Origin: a virus
Taxonomy: Duplodnaviria > Caudoviricetes
Length of the DNA stretch: 58,959 nucleotides
Strand: one strand, 5' to 3'
IMG/VR virus record: IMGVR_UViG_3300030103_000167
Coordinates: 1-58,959 of that record
Position numbers and translations under genes: made by a program. The notes under the pieces are model-generated. The model was not told the DNA's origin, ran no database searches, and saw nothing but the letters and a program-made list of their open reading frames with translations. This document shows, one piece after another, positions 46,391 through 55,501 of this stretch (the stretch's first letter is position 1; each line of letters starts with the position of its first letter).

Positions 46391-47494
46391 TTACCTAATC
46401 ATAAAATTGCCAGTAAGTCCGCCAAAACCTGGACCAAATCCTGGAAAGAAACCACCTAAACCACCAGCAGGCATTCCTGGATTTACTCCTGGATTTACTC
46501 CTGGATTTACTCCTGGATTTACTCCCGTATTATTTGTAGGTGGTGTGTATTGTGTTTGTTGAAAAGGTAAAGATATATTACCTATACCTGTAAATGCTGG
46601 TGAAAAAGTATTTGGGGTATAAGATCCGCTTGTTGTTGGTGTGGCACCTGCATAACCGAAGCCACCTGCTAACGGTCCAAGAGACGCTGTTAATCCACCA
46701 AGATTTTGTATTAATTGCATAGGTAAATTATATTGACCTGTAAAGTTTGAGTAATCTAAATCCATTAAGGATTGACTTCTACCTCTACCTAAACCACCAA
46801 ATTGTAAAGTACGGTTTATATCTGCTGATTGTAGTTGTGGGAATAATCCTGCTAATCCAGAAAACTGTCTACTTATACCGCCTAGACCCTGTCCAGCCGA
46901 AAGATTTCTACGTTGTGCTTGTTCAAATGCATTTTGTGCTTGTTGCGAAGCTAAACCAAAACCACGACTTCTTATATTACCGACTGCCTCAGCTGCACCT
47001 CTACCTACTTGTTTAGCTAATTCGTCTTGTGCTATACGACCTCTAGACCCTCCAAAAGCACCTTGACTAACAGCCCTATCACGTAATCCCATATCTGCTT
47101 GGGAAAATCTTGTATCTATATCGTCTAGCGTTTGTTTTACAACTGCATCTTCAAAAGGATTTTGAAACTGACTTATAGTATTAGGGTCGAACTGTCCTGT
47201 AGCACCACGAGTCAATGTACCTGCTTCATTTAATAATTGAGCAGAACTACCGAGGAAAGGTCTATAACTGCCTATAGCTCTATCAGATAACTGAAACGCT
47301 AATCGTTCTCTTGGGTCAAAATCAGCAACTCTTTGTCCTGTGTAAGTAAATGGTGAGCTATCTTCTCTACCTAAATTATCTAATTGGTTTCTAAAATATT
47401 CAGAGGCTGCTGGAAATATAGTTTGTGATAATAAATCACCTATAAACCCTGCGGGGGCTTGACTGGAAAATTCTTGTTCTTCTCTACTAGCCAT
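46391..47494 (-). CDS. DNA pilot/ejection protein
   Basis: YTGQRVADF, FQNPFEDAVV, GAFGGSR, Gln/Gly/Ala-rich. Confidence 0.65.
   Translation of the reverse strand: MASREEQEFSSQAPAGFIGDLLSQTIFPAASEYFRNQLDNLGREDSSPFTYTGQRVADFDPRERLAFQLSDRAIGSYRPFLGSSAQLLNEAGTLTRGATGQFDPNTISQFQNPFEDAVVKQTLDDIDTRFSQADMGLRDRAVSQGAFGGSRGRIAQDELAKQVGRGAAEAVGNIRSRGFGLASQQAQNAFEQAQRRNLSAGQGLGGISRQFSGLAGLFPQLQSADINRTLQFGGLGRGRSQSLMDLDYSNFTGQYNLPMQLIQNLGGLTASLGPLAGGFGYAGATPTTSGSYTPNTFSPAFTGIGNISLPFQQTQYTPPTNNTGVNPGVNPGVNPGVNPGMPAGGLGGFFPGFGPGFGGLTGNFMIR
46476..46524. repeat. 12-bp tandem repeat (PGVN) in the pilot protein
   Basis: (CCTGGATTTACT) x3 plus partial copies. Confidence 0.9.
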
Positions 47495-48527
47495 ACATTC
47501 TATTTCCTTTGTTATTTATTTTATTTAGTTTAGCTATACCTTTACTATGATTACCGTTACCTAACATATCTACAGTAGCTTTAGATAACATAAACTCACC
47601 ATCACTAGCCATGATAGGTATCAAATCATCTTTAGGTCCTCCTGGACCGTCAAGTTCACCACCACCTAACATAGGTTTGAACATCTGTCTATTTAGGACG
47701 CCACCGCCTTCCATACCTTTCAATAAAGACATTTGATATTCTCTATCTTTATCAGATATCATTTTACCCATTTGCGTAGTAGGTTGTGCTAAAAGATTAG
47801 CTATATCTAAATCTGATAAAGTTGCACCTTCTAAAAGTTGTGAGTAAAACTCTCTATCTTTATCCGATATTCTTCTACCTTGTTGACTATTTGCCATAGC
47901 TAACATTTCAATAACTTGATTCATGTCAGCATCCGATAATGTTTTACCTGTAGCACCGCCATTATTCATACCTATAGGTTCAAACTGAAATCTTCTTCTA
48001 TTTGCATTTCCTGCAGGTAATGTTCGTGTAGATACTTGACTGCCTCTTGGCTCTTCACGTTTTCTTATTAAAGCTAATAAACCACTTGATAAAGAATCTT
48101 TTATGATGTCTTGGACTTCTTCTGATTGACTGGTAAAGCCTTGTTTGAATAAATCTATTAAATTTGTTGGCATGGTGTTTAAATTATCGAATATACTTAA
48201 TATACCACCGCCATCATTATACTTAGGTACCATACCTCCACCATACATACCCATAATGCCTTCTTGTTCTTGTAATAACATTTGCAACAACATTTCTTCA
48301 TCCATATTAGATAAAGAACGACCTTCTTGACCTTGCGATGCTTCTTCAGGTGCTTTAGCTTGGGTACCTAAAATTTCTTGTATTTCTAAAGGTACACCAG
48401 AATCTAAACTAGGTGCAGTACCACTGCCAATCATGGCTTTTTGTTCAGGTGCTCTTTTACGATTTATCTCGCCTACAATTGCACCGCCTAAAACTGTTGC
48501 TACTAATTGACCAATAGGAAAACCCAT
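47487..48527 (-). CDS. Internal virion protein
   Basis: GPGGPKDDLIPIMASDGEFMLS motif; repeated [MY]xxGG and [LI]SDxD. Confidence 0.6.
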   Translation of the reverse strand: MGFPIGQLVATVLGGAIVGEINRKRAPEQKAMIGSGTAPSLDSGVPLEIQEILGTQAKAPEEASQGQEGRSLSNMDEEMLLQMLLQEQEGIMGMYGGGMVPKYNDGGGILSIFDNLNTMPTNLIDLFKQGFTSQSEEVQDIIKDSLSSGLLALIRKREEPRGSQVSTRTLPAGNANRRRFQFEPIGMNNGGATGKTLSDADMNQVIEMLAMANSQQGRRISDKDREFYSQLLEGATLSDLDIANLLAQPTTQMGKMISDKDREYQMSLLKGMEGGGVLNRQMFKPMLGGGELDGPGGPKDDLIPIMASDGEFMLSKATVDMLGNGNHSKGIAKLNKINNKGNRMYG

Positions 48528-48554
48528 ATAAATCTCCTTTTGACTGATTATATA

Positions 48555-50288
48555 TCAAATGGTGTATATTATTAAAGGTTTTTCTTTACCTTTTACTTTT
48601 ATAGGTTTTACTGATTTTAAGTGATGACCACAAAATTTTTCAGTTTCTTCGCCTATAAGTATGTTTACACCTGCTTCTTTTGTAGCTGATTCTAACCTAG
48701 CTGCTGTATTTACAGCGTCCCCGATAGCACTATAATCGAACCTAGTATCGCTACCCATATTACCAATTACAGCTTCTCCTGTATTTACGCCAACACCTAT
48801 AGCTACACCTATATCAGCTTTTTCTATATTTTCTTGTATTTCTTTAGCACATTCTACAGCTACCTGTTCGTGATGTGGTAAATCTAATGGTGCGTTAAAT
48901 ATAGCCATCATTGCATCACCGATATATTTATCTACCATACCGTTGTATTTTTTTACTGCATCAGATTGTATAGTTAATGCTTTATTCATAATCTCTGTTA
49001 CTTGTTCTGGTTCTAGTTTTTCGGATAATGCAGTGAACCCTCTGACATCAGTGAATAAAAAAGTACATCTTCTTTTTTCACCACCTAGTTTTAATAAATC
49101 AGGGTCTTTTTGTAAACGTTTTACTTGCCTTGGGTCTAGATAATGTTCGAATTGTTTTTTAATTTCCAGACGTAATTTATATTGTTCTCTAAACCTTAAA
49201 TAAAAAGCTACACTTCCTGATATAAATTGACTAATTAATGTCCATGTAACATCTATTAATATACCCACGCCTATCGTGTAAGCCCCGTAGAAGCCCGTAG
49301 AAGCCATAGTTACTAAAGCTAGAATTACACCCCAAGTTATCCCTAAATAGCTTATAAACGCCCATACGAGCCCTATAGATACTATAAATATTAATAGTTC
49401 TACAGCTAACGCATAATCGGGTATATAAGGGCTATCTTGTATTAATATAGATTCTGCAAGTGCAGCTTGTATTTTATGTGGTTCAACAAGTCCAATAGGC
49501 GTAGCAATTTGCGGCATTACACCATTAGCAGTAACACCAACAAATACAAACTTTCCATTTACATTCATTTCTTGTAAATCTGTTTGTTCAGTTTCTACCC
49601 ATGATATCCATTTACGACCAAAGCTATCTGTTTTTACAGGTGGTAGTCCTCGAACAGCTATTTCTTGAACACCGTTATCGTTAGTAGTAACTATATATGT
49701 AGGCGTATTTGTTAATATTTTTAATACTTGCGTTCCGAATGAAGCCGACCAACCGTCAGGAGTTTTTAATAAAAGAGGGATTCTCCTAACAAGTTGGTCA
49801 ACTTCTGTAGGTGCTATAGCAACTCCTTGTGCTACAGCATCGTACTGATAATAATTTTCTTTAATACCAGAAGACATTATACCACCAACATCTGGTCCTT
49901 TAATAACAGTTCCTGTAGTTTTGGGGTATATACCACTATTATTTTCAAAAGTAGCTAAAACACTTGGAGCATAAGTTAGAGAACTAGCAAACCTATTATC
50001 ACCATTTAACCTGTCTGGTTGTGGGAAAGATATAACCCAACCAACACCCATTGCTCCCGCACCTAATAGTTCTAATTGTATATCGGCTAAACGTTTTCTT
50101 GGTAAAGGATAGCCACCTTCCTTTTCTACATCTTCTTCAGTAATATTTAATATTACAAAATTACCGCTAGGCTGAGGTGTTTTAATAAATGTATCAAAAG
50201 TTTTTAACTTTATAATTTCTGTAGGAGTGCTTTGAAATAACAAAGGTAAAGATAATAAAGGTAATAATATAAATATAAATTTTTTCAT
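48555..50288 (-). CDS. CHASE2-domain class III adenylate cyclase
   Basis: N-terminal TM, CHASE2 (VILNITEE...GYPLPR..LA..., EVDQLVRRIPL), 3 TMs, FTDVRGFT, DKYIGDAMMA, GVGVNTG, YSAIGDAVNTAARLE. Confidence 0.92.
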   Translation of the reverse strand: MKKFIFILLPLLSLPLLFQSTPTEIIKLKTFDTFIKTPQPSGNFVILNITEEDVEKEGGYPLPRKRLADIQLELLGAGAMGVGWVISFPQPDRLNGDNRFASSLTYAPSVLATFENNSGIYPKTTGTVIKGPDVGGIMSSGIKENYYQYDAVAQGVAIAPTEVDQLVRRIPLLLKTPDGWSASFGTQVLKILTNTPTYIVTTNDNGVQEIAVRGLPPVKTDSFGRKWISWVETEQTDLQEMNVNGKFVFVGVTANGVMPQIATPIGLVEPHKIQAALAESILIQDSPYIPDYALAVELLIFIVSIGLVWAFISYLGITWGVILALVTMASTGFYGAYTIGVGILIDVTWTLISQFISGSVAFYLRFREQYKLRLEIKKQFEHYLDPRQVKRLQKDPDLLKLGGEKRRCTFLFTDVRGFTALSEKLEPEQVTEIMNKALTIQSDAVKKYNGMVDKYIGDAMMAIFNAPLDLPHHEQVAVECAKEIQENIEKADIGVAIGVGVNTGEAVIGNMGSDTRFDYSAIGDAVNTAARLESATKEAGVNILIGEETEKFCGHHLKSVKPIKVKGKEKPLIIYTI

Positions 50289-51400
50289 TAACTACTTTGT
50301 CGTATAGTGATAGTAGAATCACCACCACCATTAATTTTAATTATATTAGAAACACCGTCTTGTATCAAAATAACAGTATATCCACCACCAGAGTTCAAAT
50401 CTACTTGTACTGACTCACTTATTTTTCTACGTAAACTTATAGTTTGTCCAGTTACGATAGTTGTTATTTGTGTCTCAGTATCTTGACCTATCAAAGTACC
50501 AGATATATTTACACCAGTTGCTAAAGATAGTTGGTCTTCATCTTCTTCAATAGCTAAAGCATCTAATACTTTCAATAAATCTTCTAAAAAATTAACGTCT
50601 AGGTAATTTATATCGAGCTCTGTAAATTCTAAACTATTATCATCTAAAAAATCTTCATTTAAATAATCAATATCTAAATCATTAAAATCTAATAAACTTA
50701 CTGTTTTTGTATTTGATGTTTCTTCTTGTATGACATCTTCTTTTTTAGGTGGCGATACAATCAACATATTATCAATAACGTCTAACGTTAAATCTAGAAC
50801 TACAGGTTTACTTGGTGCGTTTTCAAAAACGTCTACCGTTGTAGCTTCATAAGGTTTATTTAATACAACACTACCTGTTGCTGTTACTACCTCTATTTCT
50901 CCGCTAGATAAACCAAAAGAGTCAGGTAAAAGTATTATTAAGGAGCGTCCTAACTCATCAACAGTTGCTGTAAAATCTGTGCCACGTATTGCTATATTAG
51001 CTGTAGGTGTTCTTAATTTTATATTTTGTTTATCTATAAGATTTATGTTACCTGATATAAACCTAGCTGTTCCTAAAGCAAAATTTAATGACATCTTAGA
51101 TTGACTAGGGTCAGGGTCATAGATATATTCATCTATAAGAAGTTGTGAGTGTTCTGTAAGTCTTACGATTGATTCATCTAAAAATGTGATAGCCATACGA
51201 CCATTAGTCGTTATAGCCTCATCATTACTTTGTATAGCAAAATCAAGATTAGCATTGTAGGTTTTGTCTCTGACTATTTGAGCCGAGCCGTTTAGCTCAG
51301 ATACATCGCCAATATTAACAGCTTGTGCTTGTACCTTGATCGTTTTGGATAACGCAAACAGTACCGCTATTACCGTTAGAAAGAATTTTGAGCCAGTCAT
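50288..51400 (-). CDS. FecR-domain exported protein with acidic repeats and curlin-like C-terminus
   Basis: Signal peptide; ITFLDESIVRLTEHS, GTARFISG, LRTPTANIAIRGTDF; C-terminal LIQDGVSN...ITIRQ. Confidence 0.8.
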   Translation of the reverse strand: MTGSKFFLTVIAVLFALSKTIKVQAQAVNIGDVSELNGSAQIVRDKTYNANLDFAIQSNDEAITTNGRMAITFLDESIVRLTEHSQLLIDEYIYDPDPSQSKMSLNFALGTARFISGNINLIDKQNIKLRTPTANIAIRGTDFTATVDELGRSLIILLPDSFGLSSGEIEVVTATGSVVLNKPYEATTVDVFENAPSKPVVLDLTLDVIDNMLIVSPPKKEDVIQEETSNTKTVSLLDFNDLDIDYLNEDFLDDNSLEFTELDINYLDVNFLEDLLKVLDALAIEEDEDQLSLATGVNISGTLIGQDTETQITTIVTGQTISLRRKISESVQVDLNSGGGYTVILIQDGVSNIIKINGGGDSTITIRQSS

Positions 51401-52031
51401 TATCTAATGTACTCGATTGTGTAATATTAAAAGTTCTAGAATTACCAGTTTGGTCTAAATAAAAATACCCACCAGCATAACCAGAACCAGTAAAGTTTAC
51501 TGTATTACTATCACCGTCAACATCAACATAACTTGTACCACCGTCGTAATTTATATCAAAATCGAAAGTGTTGCCATCGCCTTGTATAATCCAATCTAAA
51601 TCTAATGTAGCAGCCAGTGCACTTGTACCGTGGTCTAAAGTAAAAGTATTTGTGCTACCAGTAACATCTACATTATAATTAGAATTATCTATACCGTATG
51701 TATTTGTTGGGTCACCTTGTATGGTAAAAGTGTTGCTATCACCATCAAACTCGAAAAATCCTGTAATAGTATCTCCTAATATATCACCTAAAAATTTATT
51801 AGTATCGCCTATTTGATTTATATCTAGAGTCATTGTAATACCGTCTAAATCTAAAGCTGTTAAAGAACCTGCAGAAGAATTTAATCCACCTATAATATTA
51901 CCAGAGCCTAGTTGTTCTAAATCTATATTTGCTGTAGCACCAGATTGGTCAACATATATTTCATTATCAGCCCCGTATATTAGCGATGCATTCGTCATCA
52001 CAATCAGGCTCATTAATTTTAATAGCTTCAT
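51315..52031 (-). CDS. Curlin-like (CsgA/CsgB-like) beta-solenoid protein (start corrected to 52031)
   Basis: Signal peptide; repeats NEIYVDQSG, DLEQLGSGN, DINQIGDTN, DGDSN, QGDGN, DQTGNS; GGAGG RBS; follows csgG. Confidence 0.75.
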   Translation of the reverse strand: MKLLKLMSLIVMTNASLIYGADNEIYVDQSGATANIDLEQLGSGNIIGGLNSSAGSLTALDLDGITMTLDINQIGDTNKFLGDILGDTITGFFEFDGDSNTFTIQGDPTNTYGIDNSNYNVDVTGSTNTFTLDHGTSALAATLDLDWIIQGDGNTFDFDINYDGGTSYVDVDGDSNTVNFTGSGYAGGYFYLDQTGNSRTFNITQSSTLDNDWLKILSNGNSGTVCVIQNDQGTSTSC

Positions 52032-52836
52032 TTTTTTCCTCCCAAAAACCTTTATCATAACCTATTTTGACGATTTGCAAAACAGACTCCTCTATAGCTC
52101 GTTGTAAAGCGAGAGTAGTTGGTTCATTTTCTGCGTCTCCCATTTCTATTTCTACTAGCTCTGTACCAGCTTCAATAAACCTAAAAACATCTTGTGATTG
52201 ACCATAACTAAAAACTTGTTTACTAATCAAAACATCTATTAAAACTTCACCAGTAGCTATAGATACCATACGTAACGCTACTGTAATATTATCTACTCTA
52301 TATTGTTTACTTGTTCCAATACCTAAATATCTAGCACCAATGCCACCACTTTTAATATTTGTGTCATACCCAATTATGGCACCTTCCATAAGAACACCTG
52401 CAAATAATAACGGCATGATAGGTTTAGGACCATCAGTTTTTTCGTTTTGTTCTCTAGCTGAACGTATAAGTTGTCTTTCTTTTGTTAGATTATCAAGACC
52501 TACTCTTTCTGCAACTCTAAAAAATTTACCATTTGATGTATGTTTTAAACTTCTAATAAGTAAATGACTTGGTGCTTGTGTTAATGCTGTAGAAAATAAT
52601 GCAAACTCACTATTGCTTTTTCGTTGTCCTGTTTGGTCTGTGAAACTATTGGGATAAACAGCAACAACAATAGGAACTTTAGGTTGCGGAACATTTAATA
52701 ATTGTTTAGATTGTATTTCTAATATATTTGGTAAGCTCTCGCCTTGTATAAGAGTCTTGTCTATAGGGTTAATACTACAACTAGAAAGAAAAATCGCCAA
52801 CAGGCAATTGTATCTCAGTGATATTTCCATCTGCAT
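51967..52836 (-). CDS. csgG: Curli secretion pore CsgG
   Basis: Lipobox LSSC; VAVY..FTDQTGQRK, FSTALTQ, ERVGLDNLTKERQLIR, GAIIGYDTN..SGGIGARYLGIG, TGEVL. Confidence 0.92.
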   Translation of the reverse strand: MQMEISLRYNCLLAIFLSSCSINPIDKTLIQGESLPNILEIQSKQLLNVPQPKVPIVVAVYPNSFTDQTGQRKSNSEFALFSTALTQAPSHLLIRSLKHTSNGKFFRVAERVGLDNLTKERQLIRSAREQNEKTDGPKPIMPLLFAGVLMEGAIIGYDTNIKSGGIGARYLGIGTSKQYRVDNITVALRMVSIATGEVLIDVLISKQVFSYGQSQDVFRFIEAGTELVEIEMGDAENEPTTLALQRAIEESVLQIVKIGYDKGFWEEKNEAIKINEPDCDDECIANIRG

Positions 52837-53296
52837 CAGTAATCTTAAGAGTTATGATTCCGTTTTCTATACTGTATTCTATAGTGTTTCCCTCTAAGGT
52901 CAAAGTGCCATCTGTGCTAGGTGTCTCGCCAAACAAGTTTTCTACTAATTGTCTTGATAACTGAGCATAGATACGTGATTCAAGATTCCTAATGAATCTA
53001 GCAAGAGTTGTGTTTTCTTTATCTCTTTCTATTTGTTCTTGTATAGCTTTTATTTCTTCTTTAATACTCATCTTACGATTGAACTCTTGGTTTTCAATAG
53101 TTAGATAATGTGATGAAGTATTTACACCATTAAAAGATGGGTTTTTGAATTTATGTGTTATTGTGTCTGACCATAAATTTTCACAAAATATGCCTATAAA
53201 CATCATAACACCTATAACAACAGACAGTTTTATAATTACGTCTTTTTCTTTTCTTTCTTTAATCTTTTCTTTGGTCATTTCTATCTGCCTTTGCAA
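52781..53296 (-). CDS. csgF: Curli assembly protein CsgF
   Basis: Signal peptide; HKFKNPSFNG, FIRNLESRIYAQLSRQL; directly upstream of csgG. Confidence 0.85.
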   Translation of the reverse strand: MQRQIEMTKEKIKERKEKDVIIKLSVVIGVMMFIGIFCENLWSDTITHKFKNPSFNGVNTSSHYLTIENQEFNRKMSIKEEIKAIQEQIERDKENTTLARFIRNLESRIYAQLSRQLVENLFGETPSTDGTLTLEGNTIEYSIENGIITLKITDADGNITEIQLPVGDFSF

Positions 53297-53609
53297 TTTT
53301 ATTACTGTCTATAAGATTAGGAACACCTAGTATAGTTTTTATTAAAGTATCTTGTCTAATTATCTCGTTATCTAAACTTCTTACTCTATCTATCAAGGCT
53401 ACTAAAATACCGTGTTGTGTGTCTAATTTAGTTCCTAATCTTTCTTCTATAGCGTTTATCTGTCCTGCTACCTTTTCGTCTACTACATCAAGTTTTTGTT
53501 CCATGCCATCAACAATTCTAATGACAAGTTTATAAATAAACCAACCTAAACCTATTGCAGCAGCTATAGGAAAACCAACCTCTTGTATTAAAGTAACTGC
53601 TTGTTCCAT
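53259..53609 (-). CDS. Single-TM coiled-coil membrane protein (holin-like)
   Basis: IQEVGFPIAAAIGLGWFIY TM, then LIDRVRSLDNEIIR. Confidence 0.55.
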   Translation of the reverse strand: MEQAVTLIQEVGFPIAAAIGLGWFIYKLVIRIVDGMEQKLDVVDEKVAGQINAIEERLGTKLDTQHGILVALIDRVRSLDNEIIRQDTLIKTILGVPNLIDSNKIAKADRNDQRKD

Positions 53610-53989
53610 TAATAGTCACCCCAGATTTTAGTTTTTTTACCTCCATCATATTTGACTGCATGCCCCTCTTTTATCAAAACATCGCAAATATCTCTGCCGT
53701 CTTCTGCATAAGGTATACCAAGTATTCTACCGTATTTACCTTTTCCTAAAGATTTAACTTGTATTTTACCGATACATAATTCTTTAAGTCTTTCCTTTGC
53801 AGCTAGACCAAGTTTCTTTTCTGCTAAATCTCTTGTTCTTGATTCAGGTGTATCAATACCCGCAAGTCTAACACGTTGTTTATGTAATTTTACATCGAAC
53901 CCTAAATCTAAAGTACAATCAAAAGTATCGCCGTCAACTATACGTTCTAGTGTTGCATTATATACAAAAGATTCTGGAGCTTTAGCCAT
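53609..53989 (-). CDS. Thermonuclease (SNase family)
   Basis: IVDGDT, RVRLAGIDTPE, GKYGRIL. Confidence 0.9.
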   Translation of the reverse strand: MAKAPESFVYNATLERIVDGDTFDCTLDLGFDVKLHKQRVRLAGIDTPESRTRDLAEKKLGLAAKERLKELCIGKIQVKSLGKGKYGRILGIPYAEDGRDICDVLIKEGHAVKYDGGKKTKIWGDY

Positions 53990-54274
53990 TTAACACTTCC
54001 ATCTTTTTCTAGCTTGTCTTAATCTTGAATTAGGGTTTTTTGCAGCTTTAGGAAACTTTTTCATCTGACCTGCAGAACGTGCACAAAATGATTTACGTCT
54101 TTTTGCTGCTTTACTACCTTTTTTAACTTTACCTGTTACTGCTGTTTTTAATTTACTTCCAGGATTCATACGTCTATACGCTTTAACTCCTGCCGCAGTC
54201 ATACCAGCACCTTTTTTAGTAGCTCTAAAATTCTTTTTATTTCTTTTAGGCATCTTAGCCTTTTTTCTTGGCAC
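53990..54274 (-). CDS. Small basic protein
   Basis: RRKSFCAR...PNSRLRQARKRWKC. Confidence 0.7.
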   Translation of the reverse strand: MPRKKAKMPKRNKKNFRATKKGAGMTAAGVKAYRRMNPGSKLKTAVTGKVKKGSKAAKRRKSFCARSAGQMKKFPKAAKNPNSRLRQARKRWKC

Positions 54275-54560
54275 TTTTGCTCCTCTTCTTTTTTGAAAAA
54301 GTTCTTACGTTCGTTGGTTTACCACCAGGATTTCCTGCTGCTCTTTTTCTTCTTACAGCACTTGCACGTTCTGCTGCTGTCATACTTTTAGCTTTACTTC
54401 TTGGCACGCATTTAGGATAACCACGTTTACTTCCTCCTTTAGCTGACTTACGACCACACTTTTGAAATTTTCCTTTTTTCTTCGGTGCACCGATATCAAC
54501 CCAATCACCTTTGGGACCTTTACCAAACCAAGCTGTCAATCCACCACTAGGTTTTGCCAC
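54255..54560 (-). CDS. Small basic protein
   Basis: GGLTAWF...WVDI...CGRK...YPKCVP. Confidence 0.7.
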   Translation of the reverse strand: MAKPSGGLTAWFGKGPKGDWVDIGAPKKKGKFQKCGRKSAKGGSKRGYPKCVPRSKAKSMTAAERASAVRRKRAAGNPGGKPTNVRTFSKKKRSKSAKKKG

Positions 54561-54855
54561 GTTTCTTCCTCATTCTACGTATTGCCTCTTTACCTCTTTT
54601 TGCTATAGCTGCTTGTTGTGTTTTACCTGCAACTTTAGCTCTTTGTTCCATCACAGTTAAGATTTGAATTTTCCTAGCAAATGGTTTTTTAATTTTTTTA
54701 ACTTTTGCCACAGTTTTCCTAGCATCTGCTGGAGTTTTGTAAGCAATTCTAACAGTATCTTTTGGATTTTCATCTGTATATAATCTCCTCCCACTACCTT
54801 TGGGTTTTTTACCAGTTCCTTTTTTAGGTTCTTTTTTACGTTTACTTTTTACCAC
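54547..54855 (-). CDS. Small basic protein
   Basis: GTGKKPKGSGRRLYTDENPKDTV...QILTVMEQRAK. Confidence 0.7.
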   Translation of the reverse strand: MVKSKRKKEPKKGTGKKPKGSGRRLYTDENPKDTVRIAYKTPADARKTVAKVKKIKKPFARKIQILTVMEQRAKVAGKTQQAAIAKRGKEAIRRMRKKRGKT

Positions 54856-55006
54856 GTCTTTTAGTTCCTTTTCTAGCTTTTCTTATCTGAGATGTTGTAG
54901 GTGCACCTTTTGCACCTTTTTTACGCATACGTTCACCAGAACCAGCTTTAATTCTTTTACGTTTAGCATGGATATTAGCCCACAATCCTTTACGTTTTTT
55001 AACCAT
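54842..55006 (-). CDS. 54-aa basic protein (not in ORF track)
   Basis: MVKKRKGLWANIHAKRKRIKAGSGERMRKKGAKGAPT...; TAATG coupling. Confidence 0.75.
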   Translation of the reverse strand: MVKKRKGLWANIHAKRKRIKAGSGERMRKKGAKGAPTTSQIRKARKGTKRRGKK

Positions 55007-55203
55007 TACGCTTTTTTAGTTCTATATCCTCCACCACGTTTTTTATAAGTTCTAACTAACCATCCGTTTGCATAGGCACTTGGATAAACTTTGAACTTAC
55101 GTTTAGCTTCAGCCTTTACTCTAGCGTATAAACTAGGGTTTGTAGGAACTGCTTTTGATTTAGAAGACTTCTTTTTAGAAGACTTCTTTTTAGCTTTTGG
55201 CAT
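55006..55203 (-). CDS. Small basic protein
   Basis: PTNPSLYARVK...YPSAYANGWLVRTYKKRGG. Confidence 0.7.
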   Translation of the reverse strand: MPKAKKKSSKKKSSKSKAVPTNPSLYARVKAEAKRKFKVYPSAYANGWLVRTYKKRGGGYRTKKA

Positions 55204-55212
55204 AACTTCTCC

Positions 55213-55425
55213 TTACTTACCGACTTTTTTCTGTGTTTCTTTATGAGCCTGTGTGAAAGATTTACCTTTTTTCATCATGTTCTTCATCATAGTCATATGC
55301 TTTTTAGTATGATGCACCCCATGTTTTTTCATGGTTTGTTGTTGTCTAGGTGTTAGACCTGCCATACTTACGCCTTTGACTGTGATATTTTTCATGGCTT
55401 TTTTAGGTTTAGCTTTCATCTTCAT
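55213..55425 (-). CDS. Small basic His/Met-rich protein
   Basis: HHTKKHM..M...M..GKSF..AH. Confidence 0.7.
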   Translation of the reverse strand: MKMKAKPKKAMKNITVKGVSMAGLTPRQQQTMKKHGVHHTKKHMTMMKNMMKKGKSFTQAHKETQKKVGK

Positions 55426-55499
55426 TTCTTTTTACCTCTTTTCATCATTTTCTTTTTACCTTTTTTAGGTTTAGATTTTTTTCCGTAGTGACTTGGCAT
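55422..55499 (-). CDS. 25-aa Lys-rich peptide (not in ORF track)
   Basis: MPSHYGKKSKPKKGKKKMMKRGKKK; AAGGAG RBS; ATGA overlap. Confidence 0.65.
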   Translation of the reverse strand: MPSHYGKKSKPKKGKKKMMKRGKKK

Positions 55500-55501
55500 A
55501 A

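Noticed and set aside
48555-50288. Pycsar/CBASS-type defence cyclase
   Set aside because: The architecture is CHASE2-TM-cyclase with ATP-selecting Lys, and there is no adjacent TIR or TM effector
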